64,000 nucleotides of DNA from Eledone cirrhosa (GCA_964016885.1 OZ024743.1:119722001-119786000), one strand, 5' to 3'; numbered from the stretch's first letter, positions 13,959 to 30,285 are shown. Notes: generated by a model from the sequence alone, not told the origin. Numbers and translations are program-made.

Positions 13959-14260
13959 ATAGAATGAGAAAGGAAAAAAGAAATAGAAAGATAGGGGAGA
14001 ATGGAAAGAGGAAGAAACAGAAAAATATTTTGTGGGAAAAAGTTCGTTTACGTTCAGTTCACCATATATACATATATATATGTGTGTGTGTGTACGTACA
14101 TGTCGGTGGGTGTGCGCGTGCGTGTATTTGTACGTGCGTATCTATCTATCTATCTATATATCTATATATATATATATACATCACGTTGTACAGATACACA
14201 CACGCGCACACACATATATACGCATATATAGATGTGTGTGTGTGTGTAATATACATATAT

Positions 14261-14360
<100 letters not shown>

Positions 14361-14498
14361 GGAGGAAGTTATAGTTCACTTGAAGCATTGTTTAATGAGG
14401 TATAAATGTTTGTATTTGTAAAGCCAAAACAATGCAGGTATGGACATAGAATAAAAAATGCAAATGCAAAATAAATTTTACCTTAGATTTATTTAAAT

Positions 14499-14534
14499 GT
14501 CCTTAATTTTCGAGATAATATCTCTTCTTCGGAC
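14499..14534 (-). ncRNA. Hammerhead-like motif in PLE 3' UTR
   Basis: Minus strand: GT CCGAAGA A GAGATA-T-TATCTC GAAA ATTAA GGAC. Variant core and minimal stem III. Confidence 0.5.
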
Positions 14535-14847
14535 GGAAGTAAAGCGGTTAAACCAGTGTTCTAAATAGCTTGCCAAGTCATGGTGACAGGAAATGGTATA
14601 GAGTATCTGTTCTATCTCTAATGTCAAAAAGTTAAGGTTAGGTGGATAAAGAGTAGTCTCCCTTTAAAAGAGGTTTTGTTCATGTCTGTTTAAGTGCGTG
14701 GGAGAATGCGTGAAGGTGTAAGTATGTGTGTGAGAGCGAACAAGTGGAGGTGTAAGCGTGTGTGTGTGCGTGCGTGTGCGTGCGTGTGTCTGTGTGCGTG
14801 TGTGTGTGTGGGGGAGGGGGGGTGTCAGTGTGGGGCTAGATGCTCTA

Positions 14848-15297
14848 TCATGTTATAAATTGGATGTTGAGTTCTAGTCTATTATTGATTGGCGGTTGTG
14901 TTTTGTCTATAATTAGTGCTTCCTTAATTCTAAGATTGCCGAGGTTTCTTTCCTTAGTTTCAATCCTAACTGTTATGGTTTTGTCGGTGTTTTTGCATTT
15001 CACTAGGTGTTTCTTAAATGAGGAAGCGTTAGTATTGAGGTGTTCTTTTATTCTTATGTGGAGTGGTCTGGTGGTGCTACCTACGTAGAAGTTGCTGCAT
15101 TTGTTGCACTCTAGTCTGTATACGACGTAAGCCTGGTGGCATAGGTCTGTGTCGTTGATGAGGCAGTTGGCTAGCCTGCAGAGGTTGTCATGTCTGGTGG
15201 AGTGTCTTTTGGTTAGCTGTCCGCGTAGAGGAGGTCCTGAGTGGGCCGGTTGGATATCTAATCCCTCTCGTCTGATAGCTCTGCGGATGGCTGTTGT
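14848..15297 (-). pseudogene. GIY-YIG endonuclease domain of a PLE (open 149-aa frame, no ATG, missed by the ORF track)
   Basis: Hand translation: ...CRLANCLINDTDLCHQAYVVYRLECNKCSNFYVGSTTRPLHIRIKEHL...FKKHLVKC...LRIKEALIIDKTQPPINNRLELNIQFIT*. The VVY..YVG, R, E and N motifs are all present. Confidence 0.9.
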
Positions 15298-15522
15298 ATA
15301 TATATATATATATGAATGGGATTGATATGAACCGTTAATTATTTTTCTTTGATTTTGTTTGTTTTATGAACAGAGATCAATCTTATTTCAGTATGGGTTG
15401 AGTGAGAATAGTTTCTGTATGTTTGTATGTGTATACGTGTACTTGTGCGTAGGAAAAATGTGTATGTCAGTGAAACTATAGTGTTGACCTTAGAGTGAAA
15501 ACATCAGAATGGGAATTATATA

Positions 15523-15877
<355 letters not shown>

Positions 15878-16550
15878 AAGTGAGATTGAGCCTTTCTTTC
15901 TAAATGATGGCTTTTTAAAATTCGGCGTAGAACAGTTTGAGCCGTCTTTTCCTAGAAAATGCAAAAATTCTATTTAATTTTTCCTTTGCTTTACTCTCCT
16001 TGTTTTATTTTAATGTTGTAAAAGTTTATTATATTTTAAATTTGATTTCCATTCGACCGTAAAAACACATAATCTAAAATTGCAAAGGTAAAATATTTCA
16101 TTATTATCTTCTGTTATTATTTATTTTGTTATTATTTTATTTTCTGTCCTTCTCATTCCGTTTTTCTCTGATTGTTTTAATTGTATTTGCTTGTACTGAT
16201 GTTGCTGCTGTTTAGCTTAAAACGTTGTTATAATGCTTGGGAGTTGCTAATTCTAAAAATGCCTTACTGAGATGGAAAAAGAGATGAGAAAAAAAAAGCC
16301 AACACACGTATACATACACATATATAGACATAAACACACGCAGATACACACATGCAGAAACACAAACGTACACACATGTACACACATGTACACACTAAAC
16401 CAACAACAGACAACACCATCGAGAGTAATAATAACAAGAAAAGAACAAATAATAATTACAATAATAATATCATAACAATCTCAAACAAAAATATCTTTAA
16501 GTCAAAAATATCAACAACAACAACAAGACACAAAAGCATGAAAATTACAC

Positions 16551-17455
16551 ACAGGCTTTAAAATGCACACACAACAATACACACGCAGATATGCACACAC
16601 ATAAAAATACAGGCTTTAAAATGCACACACAGCAATACACACGCAGATATGCACACAGATAGAAATACAGGCTTTAAAATGCACACACAGCAATACACAC
16701 GCAGATATGCATAAACATAGAAATACAAACACATAAATACGTATGCGAAAACACACAAATATAGAAACTCAAACTTAAATATACGCACACAAATTATACA
16801 CAAAAATACACACGAAAAATATGCACGCAAAATATACACACACAAAAGCACGCACAATAAATTACACATATAGGAACACACAAGGTACTTGCACATAGAA
16901 ATACACACGCGAAAATACACACCCCAAAATGCACACCGAAGAATATACACATACACATTCATAAAATACATACGCATACACATTCATAAAATTCATAAAC
17001 ATACACATTCATAAAATACATACGCATACACATTCATAACATTCATAAACATACACATTCATAAAATACATACGCATACACATTCATAAAACACATACGC
17101 ATACACATTCATAAAATACATAAACATACACATTCATAAAATACAAGCACATAAAAATACATATGCGAAAGTACACATAAACATACACCTACACACATAA
17201 AAATACATACACATAAAGAAACATGCATAAAAAAATAAATATACATAGGAGTATACATGTACATAATAATACATACACATTATAGGGCACACACATATAG
17301 AAATGCATAGACATAAATACATAAACACATCACATAAAACTACAAATGCACATACATGTAGAAATACATACACATTATAGGGCACACACATATAGAAATG
17401 CATAGACAAAAATACATGAACACATAAAACTACAAACACACACACACACGCAGAA
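16551..17455 (+). repeat. AC-rich minisatellite region (three ~58-bp units, many ~25-bp units, one ~100-bp duplication)
   Basis: CAGGCTTTAAAATGCACACAC... x3; ACACATTCATAAAATACATACGCAT repeats; CACATTATAGGGCACACACATATAGAAATGCATAGAC x2. Confidence 0.85.
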
Positions 17456-17933
17456 CTACATACACATTAAAACCAACAAGGCAATATAAAGAATACGAAG
17501 AAGTATAATCTTTGATATAGACAGGTCAGGCGTAAAACAAACCGATATCGCAAAGAAAAGAGGGGCGAAACTAAAAAATAAAGTAAAAAAAAATGTAATG
17601 CAATCATGTGTCTTAAATCCATTAAAGAGAATAAAGATATGAAATTTAAAAAAATATATACAAAGCGAAACAAATAAAAACATGAAAAAGAAATAGAAAA
17701 AAAAAGATGTCTAATATAAAAGAAAAATACAAAATAAAGACATCCTTTTTGATTACGAAATCTAACCCTCCTTTCATTCCTCTAGCTATCTCTCTCTATC
17801 ACACTCTCTCTATATATATTTATATTTCCTATTACTCCCCTCTTACTGGCCTTTACTCACCCTTGATCTCTCTACCACTCTCGCTGTCTCTTTCTCTCCT
17901 CCCCTCTCTCTATATCTCTCTCTATCTATCTAC

Positions 17934-18005
<72 letters not shown>

Positions 18006-18115
18006 CCCACTCTCTATAGCACCTTCCAGCGCAGTCAGTCATGGTTCAGTAACACAGAAGGATGAATGTCGCCTGTTAGGTAAATACGGGAATAATGCAG
18101 TTTGGTTCCCTAACT

Positions 18116-18149
<34 letters not shown>

Positions 18150-18487
18150 AAGAAGAAGAAGAAGAAGAAGAAGAAGAAGAAGAAGAAGAAGAAGAAGAAG
18201 AAGAAGAAGAAGAAGAAGAAGACAACGGCTTGTAATAAGTGTTGACGCTGCAATAATAACAATAAGAGAAGGCTGTAGCAATTGCAGCGACAAAATGCAT
18301 CAAAGGTGCACTTTTTTCTGTTTACAATTGCACATCGGCTAAAAATAAGAACTTAATTTGTAAAACGTCTCTTTATTGAAAAAAATATACATATATTTTA
18401 AAAATTGAATTAACAATCGAATACATGGACGTAATTTAAAAGAAACATGAAGACTAGAGTATTGACCAGCGGCTAAATAAAAACGTT

Positions 18488-18558
<71 letters not shown>

Positions 18559-18715
18559 ATGTATACTTATATATATATATGTGTACTTATATATATATAT
18601 ATATATATACATGTACATGATATTTTAATTTTTTTTATTTTTTTATTATTAAAGTAAGATGAATTTGAATAGATAAAATCTGAACATTGGAACCTCCTTT
18701 TTTTTTTTTTAAATC

Positions 18716-18779
<64 letters not shown>

Positions 18780-18783
<4 letters not shown>

Positions 18784-19950
18784 CAGATTTTATCTATTCA
18801 AATTCATCTTACTTTAATAATAAAATAATTTAAAAAATTTAAATATCACTTTATGTTATAATTATCACTCCTGAATAAGCAGGTATATACTTACAAAGTA
18901 AAATTTACTATCCTACATTAAATTACTAATGGTAAAGTTGTTAAGATTTGAAAGGTAATTGATTGTAGAGGATTCAAATAAGAATGATAATTCTCCAAAT
19001 GCGAAAATGTTATCAATGTAAGATCACAATACATTCTAGAAAAAGAAAGAAATTTGTTTGTACAGCAAATAAGAATTTTTTGCCGACAATTCAAAATTGT
19101 TTTATCAGACATTGTTATTTTCATTACTACCATTCAGAAGCACTCTGTCTGTAAGAGCTACCTGTATTAATTAGGGACAACTTTAAAATCTATTCTGTAA
19201 ATCTCAAATTCGTTTTGCCTAAAGAATTATAAAAACCATAAATAAGTTTTGCAAATGAAGTAGAATTTGTCTTATTTTTATTTCTAAAAGAATGTACATG
19301 TAAGTAGTTTCATTTCTTAAAAAAAACTTTATCTAGCACCTGCATAAAGGTTTTCTGCAATTTGTGGCAACAACTGTACGTTTATACTCTACATTCTCCT
19401 TGCGACAATGCCCTTTAAGTGGGCAATTCCCAAGGGTACTACGATTATACTCAATATTTGCTGATTTGTAGATACACTAGAGGTACTAATATTTTCAACA
19501 TTTATGTAATTTGATGCCTCATTTAGTATTTTTATTACTTTATTTAATTCAGCTAATGGGTTATATAATATAACCTTGCAAACACGTTTATTAAAATTAT
19601 CATTTTTATGGTCACTAAAAGCTCTATTATCAGCTAAATTAGGTGCTATGGAGTATGAAATATTAAACGTATTTTTGTTAATAACGTTAAGGAGCTGGTG
19701 CTTGGGTTGGAAGTTTTTTGATAATATCAAAAAATAACTTATATAATACTAGGATTCCGTAGGGCGCATTATAGCAGGTACTTTTTCGTCTTTTAATTTT
19801 TTTATTAGTAGAAACTTAATAGTTATTATTATTTAGATAATTATTTTGTTCGATATTAACATGTCTTGGGCATAATTAATAACTACCCTTAGCGTTCTGT
19901 TCTTTCTCATCGTCTTCCATAAAGAATATTTTGAATTTTTTTAACAGGTA
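18780..19950 (-). pseudogene. Decayed Penelope-like element 3' part (linker, GIY-YIG, 3' UTR)
   Basis: Minus-strand pieces KNFQPKHQLLNVINKNTFNISYSIAPNL / GNCPLKGHCRKENVEYK / HVHSFRNKNKTNSTSFAKLIY / ILNCRQKILICC..KF match the PLE C-terminus. It ends at (TA)n, with an inverted copy of its end at 18618-18686. Confidence 0.7.
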
Positions 19951-20149
19951 TTATTATTGTTATTTGTATTGCTGTTGTTTTGATGTTAAACAGAATCGCT
20001 AATGCATCGAACATCATATATTTTATTATCGAAGTCAGCCTTGCATTTTATCTTTCCGGAGACGATAAAATAAAGTGCCAGTCAAATACCGGGGTAGATA
20101 TAATCGACAGCCACCCTCCATAATTTTTCTTACTTTATGCCAAAACTAT

Positions 20150-20870
20150 TATTCTAAGATCTTTATATTTGGATGGTTTCTCCATTTCTGTATGAGGCGT
20201 ATTATCTATCATCTGATGGGACATGTCCTTATTACAATACCGTGTGGTTTAACCTCGATCTCGCCGTCTGTATGTATTGGCATACCGTAGGGTTTGGTTG
20301 TTTTACCATCCTCTGTCACATTTCCTCGTGTATGACTATGCCTAACCTTTCTGTGTGGAGAAGCGGGAATATCATTATACTGGCATAACTTCTAGTGTAT
20401 GTAAAATTCAATTCTTTCATATTTAAATATATTACTTCTTGGCAAGAAATGGGAAGCCAGAAACAATACGATTAATTGTTTCACATAATCTGCTTCATTA
20501 TGTGCGTCTGGTAGTTTTGGTTGGGAAGCTTTGATTTTGTGTTACAATGAAGAAACCTTCAGTCCCATCTTTATGTCCAGTGCTTCTTAGGTTTTAGATT
20601 ATACTTGTCTACAAGGTCCCTGTTCAGCCTTCGCTGGTATTGGTTATCTAGTTTTTTTGCCATCGTTTTATCATGGTATTCTGTCGTCCTGTTTCACCTT
20701 AGATTCTAGCCTTTTCAATATTTATGACGTTTTTTCTTCTTTGTCCTCATCTTTCAGAGGCAGCTTCAATTTTTTTAATTATTTTGTTAGCTCTTTAATA
20801 TGCTAAACTTGTTCTCCGAACTCCTCGAAACCGTCTATTGAAACTGGCAGCATACCGGGAGTATTCCCAG
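20150..20870 (-). pseudogene. R4/Dong-type LINE fragment (CCHC and RLE region)
   Basis: Minus-strand pieces TEGFFIVTQNQSFPT / NYQTHIMK / ETINRIVSGFPFLAKK / MPIHTDGEIEVKPHGIVI, heavily disrupted. Confidence 0.65.
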
Positions 20871-20899
20871 TCCTACTAGTCGGGTAACACTGATGAAGA

Positions 20900-22185
20900 C
20901 AAACACAAGAGGGACATTATTGATAGTTTTCGACCCATAACTCTACTAAAAAATAGAGTTTAAGATTTTGGCCAAGGTGTTATCAATGAGGATGGCGTAA
21001 GGAGCAGACGTGCACAATCCCGACCAAGTTTATACACGACAACCTCCACCTCATGGGATACATCATAGAAAAAGTAGGGAGTAAACCTGCTTCGGTGAGG
21101 CTCAAATTAATTTAGATCAATCAAAAGCTTTCGATCGTGTCGATCCTCGATACCTTGACGCTGTCCTCAAGGCAACCATATTAGGTCCAGTCTTTGGAAG
21201 CTGGATCACTTCAATGCACAATGGCATCTGCTCGGTGGTCAAAGTTAATGGTCACCTTCCAGAACCGTTTCGGAACCGTTTCAGATCACGTGATCGGTCC
21301 GTCAATGATACCCTCTCCTGTCCCTTCTTTACTTACTGACTTTCGAACCTTTACTGCGTAAGCTGAACTGTTGTATGGCATCTAGCTCGAACCGTGACGT
21401 TGAAGGCTGCGTCGGCATGTGCGGACGACTTCACCGTAATGGTGTCGAAAACCTCGGAAATTGAGGTGGTCAGCAATTTCTTGAAAGGTTGACGGGAGCA
21501 AAGATCAACCTGGAAAAGTCGGTGGGTTTGCAGATTGGCACCTGGTGAGGTAAAATAGATGCCGTACAAAAGCGTCGCCTAACACTGGACGGACAGACTG
21601 ATAAAGTTGATCAGGTTCTGGTTCGAGCCATTCCCCAAGGAGGATAAGAACTAGGATGAGGTAACGAGCAAATTGGACAGTCTCATCCAGAAATGAACCG
21701 AGAGCAAGCTATATCTGAAAGGTCGTCTGGAGATGGTGAACTCGTACACTGAGTCCGTAATCTAATATCGCCAGACCATCGTGCCTTCCATCCGTTCACG
21801 CCTCACCAAATTGGAGCACCTTCTCTTCAACTTCGTGCAAGGAGCTTCTGCCATTGGTGAGGATGTCCATCTGTTTCCAACATCTACATGGATGACTGGG
21901 CATGCCATGGATAATGGCGCGCAAACATGCGCTGAGGTGATGGCTTCTCCAGATATTCCGAAATGTTGAAAAGAAGTGATAGCCGTTTGTGAAGCGACTC
22001 TTTCCGCAGCTCATCTCTTTAACCGAGCTGCAGTTGTGGGTCAGGCGAAGAGCGAGACTAAACGCCAGACATCTGGAATGTTGACAGGTGTGCACTACTC
22101 GCTATCACTAGGACAATGCGGTCAGTGGAAATTCCACTCAAGTGTTCTACAGAGAAGTGATAGAGGGAAAGTAAGACGACGAGAT
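20900..22185 (+). pseudogene. Tx1/L1-clade LINE reverse transcriptase fragment
   Basis: FRPITLL / EQTCTIP..IHDNLHLM / NLDQSKAFDRVD / SVVKVNGHL / SVRQ*YPL..LLYLLTFEPLLRKL / ACADDFTV are RT motifs with stops and frameshifts. Confidence 0.85.
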
Positions 22186-22577
22186 TTCAATTTTCTATAC
22201 AGCTGTTTCATGAGTGAATAAGAAATGGTAAATAACAGCTGTTTAGAAAATTAAAATCTTGGAATTTTACCATATTTTAGTAAGTTTTTTTACTTGGTAC
22301 CGGATTTGGAAATAATCGGAATTTTACCATCTATGCAAGTTCTTTGACTTGCTATCCGTTTTTTCTTTGACAATTTATCTATGTATATATATATATACAT
22401 ACGTATATATATATATGTGTGTGGGGGGGGGGGGGGGGGTTAAGAATCGATCTTATAACACCTTTACTCTCAGATCTTCTTATGTCATTGCGCCTATATA
22501 ATCGTACAAACACGCATAATGTGGATACAATTTTATACTCTACCATTAGGGAATAATTGACAATAATTGAATATATG

Positions 22578-22701
<124 letters not shown>

Positions 22702-23000
22702 AATATAACAATACATATCAGGGCGTCCAACCAATAGTTGTTTTGCTCAATGAAGGAATTAACAAAATTCATTTCACACACACACATATATTTATATCCA
22801 ATGTTATTGTCTCATCGCAGGTAACGCAATCGTTCGGCATCCATGATTTGCAGGTTTTGATTCCTCATAGTAAGCGAGTTTACTTACTTATTTTCGTAAT
22901 CAAGGTTTCTTTATCCGATTTATTTCCAATTATTATTATATAATGACAGCACATGTCTAAAAAAAATTGTTTCCCCTAGCTATCCATATCAATGTATGTA

Positions 23001-23047
<47 letters not shown>

Positions 23048-23094
23048 AAATAAATATGGTTTTATAAATATAGTTTTACATTTATTAATATCAT

Positions 23095-23169
<75 letters not shown>

Positions 23170-24562
23170 CACATAGATAACCAAATAGAGTCTCACAGTA
23201 TGAGTATGGCGGCTGGAGAAGAATCGGGCTTTCCAGGAGGTGTGAAACAAGTAAATTATAAAACACCTATGCCTCAAATTGGACTAAGTGGTTTGGGAAT
23301 AATTCATACCAATATATATGTATTCTGAACAAGAACTACCTACTTATTGAATTATAGAATATTCGACGGACACATACATGCCTAATGTACCGAGCAGTGG
23401 GATTGAACCTGCAGTGTTCATGCTTATACTGTTTATTTCATTGAAATATGCACACAGGCAGGCAGGCAGGCAGGCATTCAGACAAATAGATTAGCTGCTG
23501 GAACACCATACATAGAGACAGGCTTATAAGTGCGGGGTAAAAATATGCAGTGACATACAGATTTGTATGTCTGAGAGACATACAAATAGTAACAGAGACA
23601 GACAGACCTACAAAATATAAAGAAAAAAACTGACATACAGAGAAGCAGACAGACTGAGTGACAGACTGATAGATGGACTGATGGATACATGGCCGGACAA
23701 ATATGCAGTATCTCCTACTACGAATGGAGATAGGAATACACTGGTGGATGGAAGGGGTGGCAGATTATAGTGTTGAGGGGAATTTATACAAACTGATTGA
23801 ATGAAGTTCATGTAAAAACAAAATACAGAAAGATAGTAAGAGTATGGGTGATTGAATATGAAGAAGAGAGAGTGTGTCCGTGAGAGAGAGAGAGTGTGTG
23901 TGTGTGTTTGTGTGTGTATGGGAAAAGTGTGTGCTAGGGTGTATGCGCGTGCTTGTTGGTGTGGGGGAAAGTAGAGTATGTATGAGAGAGATAGAGTGTT
24001 TGTGTGTGTTTGTCGGTATGGGGGAGACAGATAGAGTGTATATGTGTGTTGGTGTATATGGGATAAAGAGAGAGATAGAAAGACAAATGAAAGCTAGAAA
24101 ATAGGGAGGGAAGAAAAGCCGGTGAAAAAGGAAAGAAGGCAAGCAAATGAATGAAATTCTTTCGGGTTCCACGGATTGGTGATTTCCTCAATCAGCTTTT
24201 CGTCGGTGTTAGCGTTGAATGAGATGTTAATTTGGTCCGTCACGGTAAGCTGGCTATCGTCGGCTAGTCAGAAGTGCTGTCTCTCCCACACCCCTGCACG
24301 TCCGTTACTTCCCGCACCGATTCGAAAGTATCACTACCACCACCACCACTACGACTACCTAAAACAACAACAACAAATGCATTACCATCACCACCATTAC
24401 CTGCAGAGGGCTTGTCCATCAAATCACGTCGGGGAGCGAACTGATATGAGTCTCTGGTGATTGATAGCTTTCGATGATTGCCTTAGTTCTACGTTTAAAA
24501 TGTGACACTCATACACATGCAAATACATATAAATGCAGGAAGAAATTAACAAACACACATAC

Positions 24563-24632
<70 letters not shown>

Positions 24633-25065
24633 ACACACACATACACACACACACATACACACACACATACACACATACACACACATAAACACGCAAACAC
24701 GCACAAAAGTCTCACAGAGATATATACACATATCGAGATATATACACAATTAAGCACACATACAAAGTCCTATATAATAGTCAGTGCATTCATTGACATA
24801 CATATACTCTTTAACAAGCATATCCAAAAGTGTGTATGCGTGCTTGTGTGTGTGTGTGTGTGTTTGGTAGGTAAGTGTGTGTTTCTTTCCGTATGCACTC
24901 CATACACTGGAGTATCCATAACGATATCAATCGGCATAGATATCCGTGATCTCCGCTAGCAAGTCTTGATATATATACGCATATATACTTATATATTACC
25001 CACTCTGCTACCCTAAGTATTGAGTACTCTGGTGCGTTATGGTCCACCTGGTAACTTACCACACC

Positions 25066-25474
<409 letters not shown>

Positions 25475-25608
25475 GGAGGTGAGTTTTATTGTAGTACAAT
25501 AAAGCAATGCAGATATCGGATAAGAAGCACTCTACAGTTTGTAGGACTGGAGTATACATAATATATAAGATCAAAAGATGGTTAAATGAGTTCCATGTAT
25601 TATATTAT

Positions 25609-25660
<52 letters not shown>

Positions 25661-25876
25661 CGTTTCTAGCCCTCTTTTTTAAACCAGCAGATTTCTTCCA
25701 GAGAAGTATAGACAGTGAGAGAAAAGAAGTGAGATAGATTTGACCCAGTACCAGACTTGTACTTTTTTTATCTACCTTAAATGGATGAGAGAGAAAGAGA
25801 GTGTGTGTGTGTGAGAAAGCGAGAGAGAGGGAGAGAGAGAGAGAGAGAGAGTGTGTGTGTGTGTGTGTGTGTGTGT

Positions 25877-25953
<77 letters not shown>

Positions 25954-26055
25954 GAGATGAGATATTTCAAGTTAGGGCAAATAATACCATTCTTCATATA
26001 GTTACTCTGTTGTTAAGTACAGTAGGACGTAGACATGATTCATTACAATGTATAT

Positions 26056-26147
26056 AAGAGCTTGAAGATTGGGTCACAATTTTGATCCCTCTTACAATCT
26101 TGAGATTTGGTTATTATTGGTTATTATTGAAACCTTGGGTAGCCCTT
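26056..26147 (+). ncRNA. Degenerate hammerhead (family shared with 39947-40035)
   Basis: AAGAGC TTGAAGA ... GAAA CC-TTG-GG TA GCCCTT. Confidence 0.55.
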
Positions 26148-26485
26148 TTGTTCCGTGTTTGAACTTAAATATATAAATAATATTGTACGAAAAAATCTAC
26201 TAAACGTTTTCAAATCTTTCTCTTATAAATAACTGAACAAATCACGTTAGCTGTATAAAGAAATGTTTTAACAACCCCTGCTGTAACTAATTCCTAGTTA
26301 TAACATATTTTCTGGAAAATAAAAGCACTGATAAATTTATAAACTTGCAGATTTGAAAATCTTATACATCTTATGCTAAATTTGCACTTGACATTTTAAC
26401 TGCTTGCCTAAATGCTCTATACTGTGAATCCTCTCATTTTCTTCATATTTGTCTTATGCTATTAATTTATTGTTATTTTTTTCTA

Positions 26486-26612
26486 TATATTTCCTGAAGA
26501 GATACGGTTGGGATAAATCACCCATAATGGGGTGAATTCTTAACTGGTAATCTCCAGTTTCTCCGAAAATGGATGCATATTTTTCTAGCCGCGTTGAAAC
26601 GTTCGTAAATAC
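26486..26612 (+). ncRNA. Hammerhead-like motif with branched, enlarged stem II
   Basis: CTGAAGA GATACGGTTGG ... CTAGCCGCGTT GAAA CGTTCG TA, with internal hairpins TCACCC/GGGTGA and AACTGG/CCAGTT. Confidence 0.55.
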
Positions 26613-26730
26613 TTTAGGCACAAGGCCAGCAATTATCTCAGTGCATTACAAGTGCTTTATTTTATCGACTGGATAAAAGGCAAAGTTAATCTTGGCGTCC
26701 GACCGTTTACTGATACTGCCAATCAACCAA
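26612..26730 (-). mobile_element. SINE family A copy with internal deletion
   Basis: Tail, core and head are present. The B-box region is missing. Confidence 0.7.
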
Positions 26731-26817
26731 TGCTTAAATAAATAATAATTTCCTATCTCTGGCTTTCTTAAAGTTTTGAATATATATACATATACATATA
26801 TATACATATACATATAC

Positions 26818-26848
<31 letters not shown>

Positions 26849-27979
26849 AATACACGCACACACGCACATACACACATATGTGTGTGTGTGTGTGTGTAAT
26901 TTGAAGAGCTTTGGGTATTTTGGGCACATCGTGCACCAAAGTAACCGCTCCGTCGTTTCTTATATATAAGTTTTAACTATTTCTACACCCATTAAGGAGG
27001 TTCCCAAATACACATAAACAGCAAATTAATAAATGTAATCACAATAGGGATGCCGATTACAGAGATTTCTTTTAAGAAAGGGGTCAAGTTATTAAAGAAA
27101 TTATTTTTTTAAATGTCAGGATGTGAAATTACCATGAAAAGTTGAAAGAAATATCAGCTAAATAAAATAGGAGTTTGTTTCAATATCCAAAGGCCCATTA
27201 TATTTTCTTGCGTTTATTTAACGTCTATATTAACTATTTGTAATAGCCATGTTAGGCGAAGAAGGAGGGCGCCCGCTTCACAAGGAGTTTCAAAAAGACT
27301 GGTTGTAGAGAGGGAGACAGGAAATTGTTGTCGTCACTGTTGTAATTGTTGTTATTGTTGTAAATGTTGTAATTGTTAGAAAAGTTGTCAACAATACCCA
27401 AATTTATTGTAGGGCAGTCTTGTACCTTATCTCTAAGTTTTTAAATAAAAAAGAATAGTGAAATAGACCTTCGCGGGTAGATATATTACATTATACAATA
27501 TATTGTAATCATTTTTTAGTGAGCCTCCTAAAGGACCCCTAGACTCTATTTGGCGGAGTCGGCGTAGCTCTGTATACTTTAGCATTGGAAAAGTAGCGTT
27601 CTATTGCTGGATAAGTGATTTGACTCCGGTAATTGCAGATGTGTTTTCATGCAATGGTGAAATCATTGTTGTCTGGAACAGTTTACCAGAACGATTTGAC
27701 CATGGAAACGTTTGTGGTATTTATGTGTAGCCAGTAAAAATCTCCTCACGAGAGATAGGAGGTTTCTGGCCATGTCAATATTAGTAGTGGCATCGAAGTT
27801 ATGAGGTGGATTAAACTAAACATAAATTTAAAACATTAATCCGGAGGATTTAGGGTTATTTAGACATTATTCATTTTAAAATAATTCTTAAAGACTACCG
27901 CGATTTTTAGAATAATCTTCTCGGGGTAGGAAGAACGCTACACACGGTCTTTGCAAGCCCTCATTATCTATAGAATAAA

Positions 27980-28164
27980 GGGCGGTGGATTGGCAGTATC
28001 GGTAGAGGGTCGGACGCCATGCTTTCCAGCATAGTTACGTCCCTTTACGATCCGAGTTCAAATCCCGCCGAGGTTGACTTTGCCTTTCATCCTTACGGGG
28101 TCGATAAAATAAAGTACCAGTAATGCACTGGGTAATTGCTGGCCTTGTGCCTAAAGTAGAAACA
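27980..28164 (+). mobile_element. Young SINE family A copy with 17-bp TSD
   Basis: ATTATCTATAGAATAAA at 27963-27979 and 28165-28181. Near-identical to the copies at 40988, 45794 and 62846. Confidence 0.95.
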
Positions 28165-28780
28165 ATTATCTATAGAATAAACACTTAGGTAGAGAGTAAA
28201 GCCAGAAAAGCTGGGGCAGTGCAAATGTTTGCAACATCACGATATTTACGGACCACATTAGTTATAAAATTTCAGAGAGACTTGCCTCAGCAAAACTATG
28301 ACATCAACAAACCGTTGTTTTGTTATAAATAAAGTATATAGGACCAAAACGGCCGATTGTTAGAATCCTTAGTATCGCAATTCATTTTTATTTTAGATTT
28401 TTTTCATAATTTAATCAGAGTAGGAAAAACTCTGCCCATGATCTTTGCAAGCACTCAATATTTCTAGAATAAATATCTGGGTATTTCGAGTGAAGCCGGA
28501 GAAGATGGGGCTGGTAATTCTTCGAGCCCTTTGTGTTCTGAGTTCAGCTCCTGCTGAGGCCATTTTACCTTTCATCATCCAATGATCGATAACTAAAACA
28601 CGAGACAAATACTAATGTCGATTCCTCACTATTTTCCCCCTCTCTTCCCATCTTTCTCTCTTTCTTTCTCTTTCTTTTCCACTGTTTCTGTCTTCAGGAT
28701 GGACTTGGGCCTTCTTTGTAAACTATTATTTATGGTAATCAACTTTTGTTATCGTCATTTGCGTTGGGGCACACGATTTT

Positions 28781-28818
<38 letters not shown>

Positions 28819-29129
28819 CAACACAACGGAAAATACTGTATATATATATATATATATATATATATGCATACACATATGTGCATGCATGCGCACATGCGGC
28901 TGCGCCTGCGTGTGTGCACATACATACATATATGTGGGTGGGAGAGGGGGTGCGTGTGTATGTGTGTGCGTGTGTGTGAGAGAGTGTGTGTGTGTATGTA
29001 TGTGTGAAATTGTGGTATTTTTGCGTTCAACTTCCGGTCATTTAAATTTCAAACATTTTTCACATTTTCATTTAGACTCAATCTTTTTCCTCATTTTACA
29101 TCTTCTTTCTTTCTTTATCTACATCTCAT

Positions 29130-29256
<127 letters not shown>

Positions 29257-29785
29257 TCTCTCAATCGCTTTCTATTTCTCTGTCTCTTTTACTACAGTGT
29301 CATCCCCAACAACATTTTTCATTTTTTATATATTTTTGTTTATCATATAATCGTTTTTGTTTCCTGTATGTTTCTGTTATTTCTTTCTCTGCATACTTCG
29401 TTCTTTCTCACTTCAAACTTCTTTCTATTAAACACAATGAAGCCACTCATACTTAAACCGACACATACTCGTGCGTGCACACTCACAAACGAACACATAC
29501 ACATAAACATAAAAACACACACATACACAAGTTTATTGTGATGTACAACAACAATTACTACAGCAACAACTACAACTTCCTTTCTTTTCTATATAACGTA
29601 GCTTCTTAAGTATTTATGCTTGAATAAATAATTATTCTTGTATATATTTTTCTTTCCTTTAATTTATATAGTGTGTATTATTTTTTCTCTTTCCTTATAT
29701 ATATTCCACGTCCCCACCTCTAAATAAAGATATATATATGTATATATATATGTATATATGTATATATATATATATATATACATAT

Positions 29786-29892
<107 letters not shown>

Positions 29893-30183
29893 TACATGTA
29901 TATATATATAAATAAATAAATGAATAAATAAATAAATGCACAAACAAACTGGAGGGGGTTGACGCCAAACAGTTTCAAAAGATTGGAAAGTTCTTAGAAC
30001 GGGGTAACGAATAAATTTAAGAAATATTTTGATCCTTTCAGCAACCTAGGAAACTTTCAATACCTAAAATAAGAAGTAAAAAAATTCAGACATTCCAGAC
30101 GTTTCTTGTTATTGATATTTTTTAGTTTTTGCTGTTTATTTTCTTTTTCTTTGTTTCGGTTATTTTTTTGTTTCTATGTATGT

Positions 30184-30285
<102 letters not shown>

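Noticed and set aside
26930-27960. Possible LINE C-terminal remnant on the minus strand
   Set aside because: Only vague motif resemblance with many stops; I cannot support a call without a search.
27980-28075. tRNA gene in SINE heads
   Set aside because: A and B boxes are present, but there is no complete cloverleaf, and the sequence continues into SINE core and tail.
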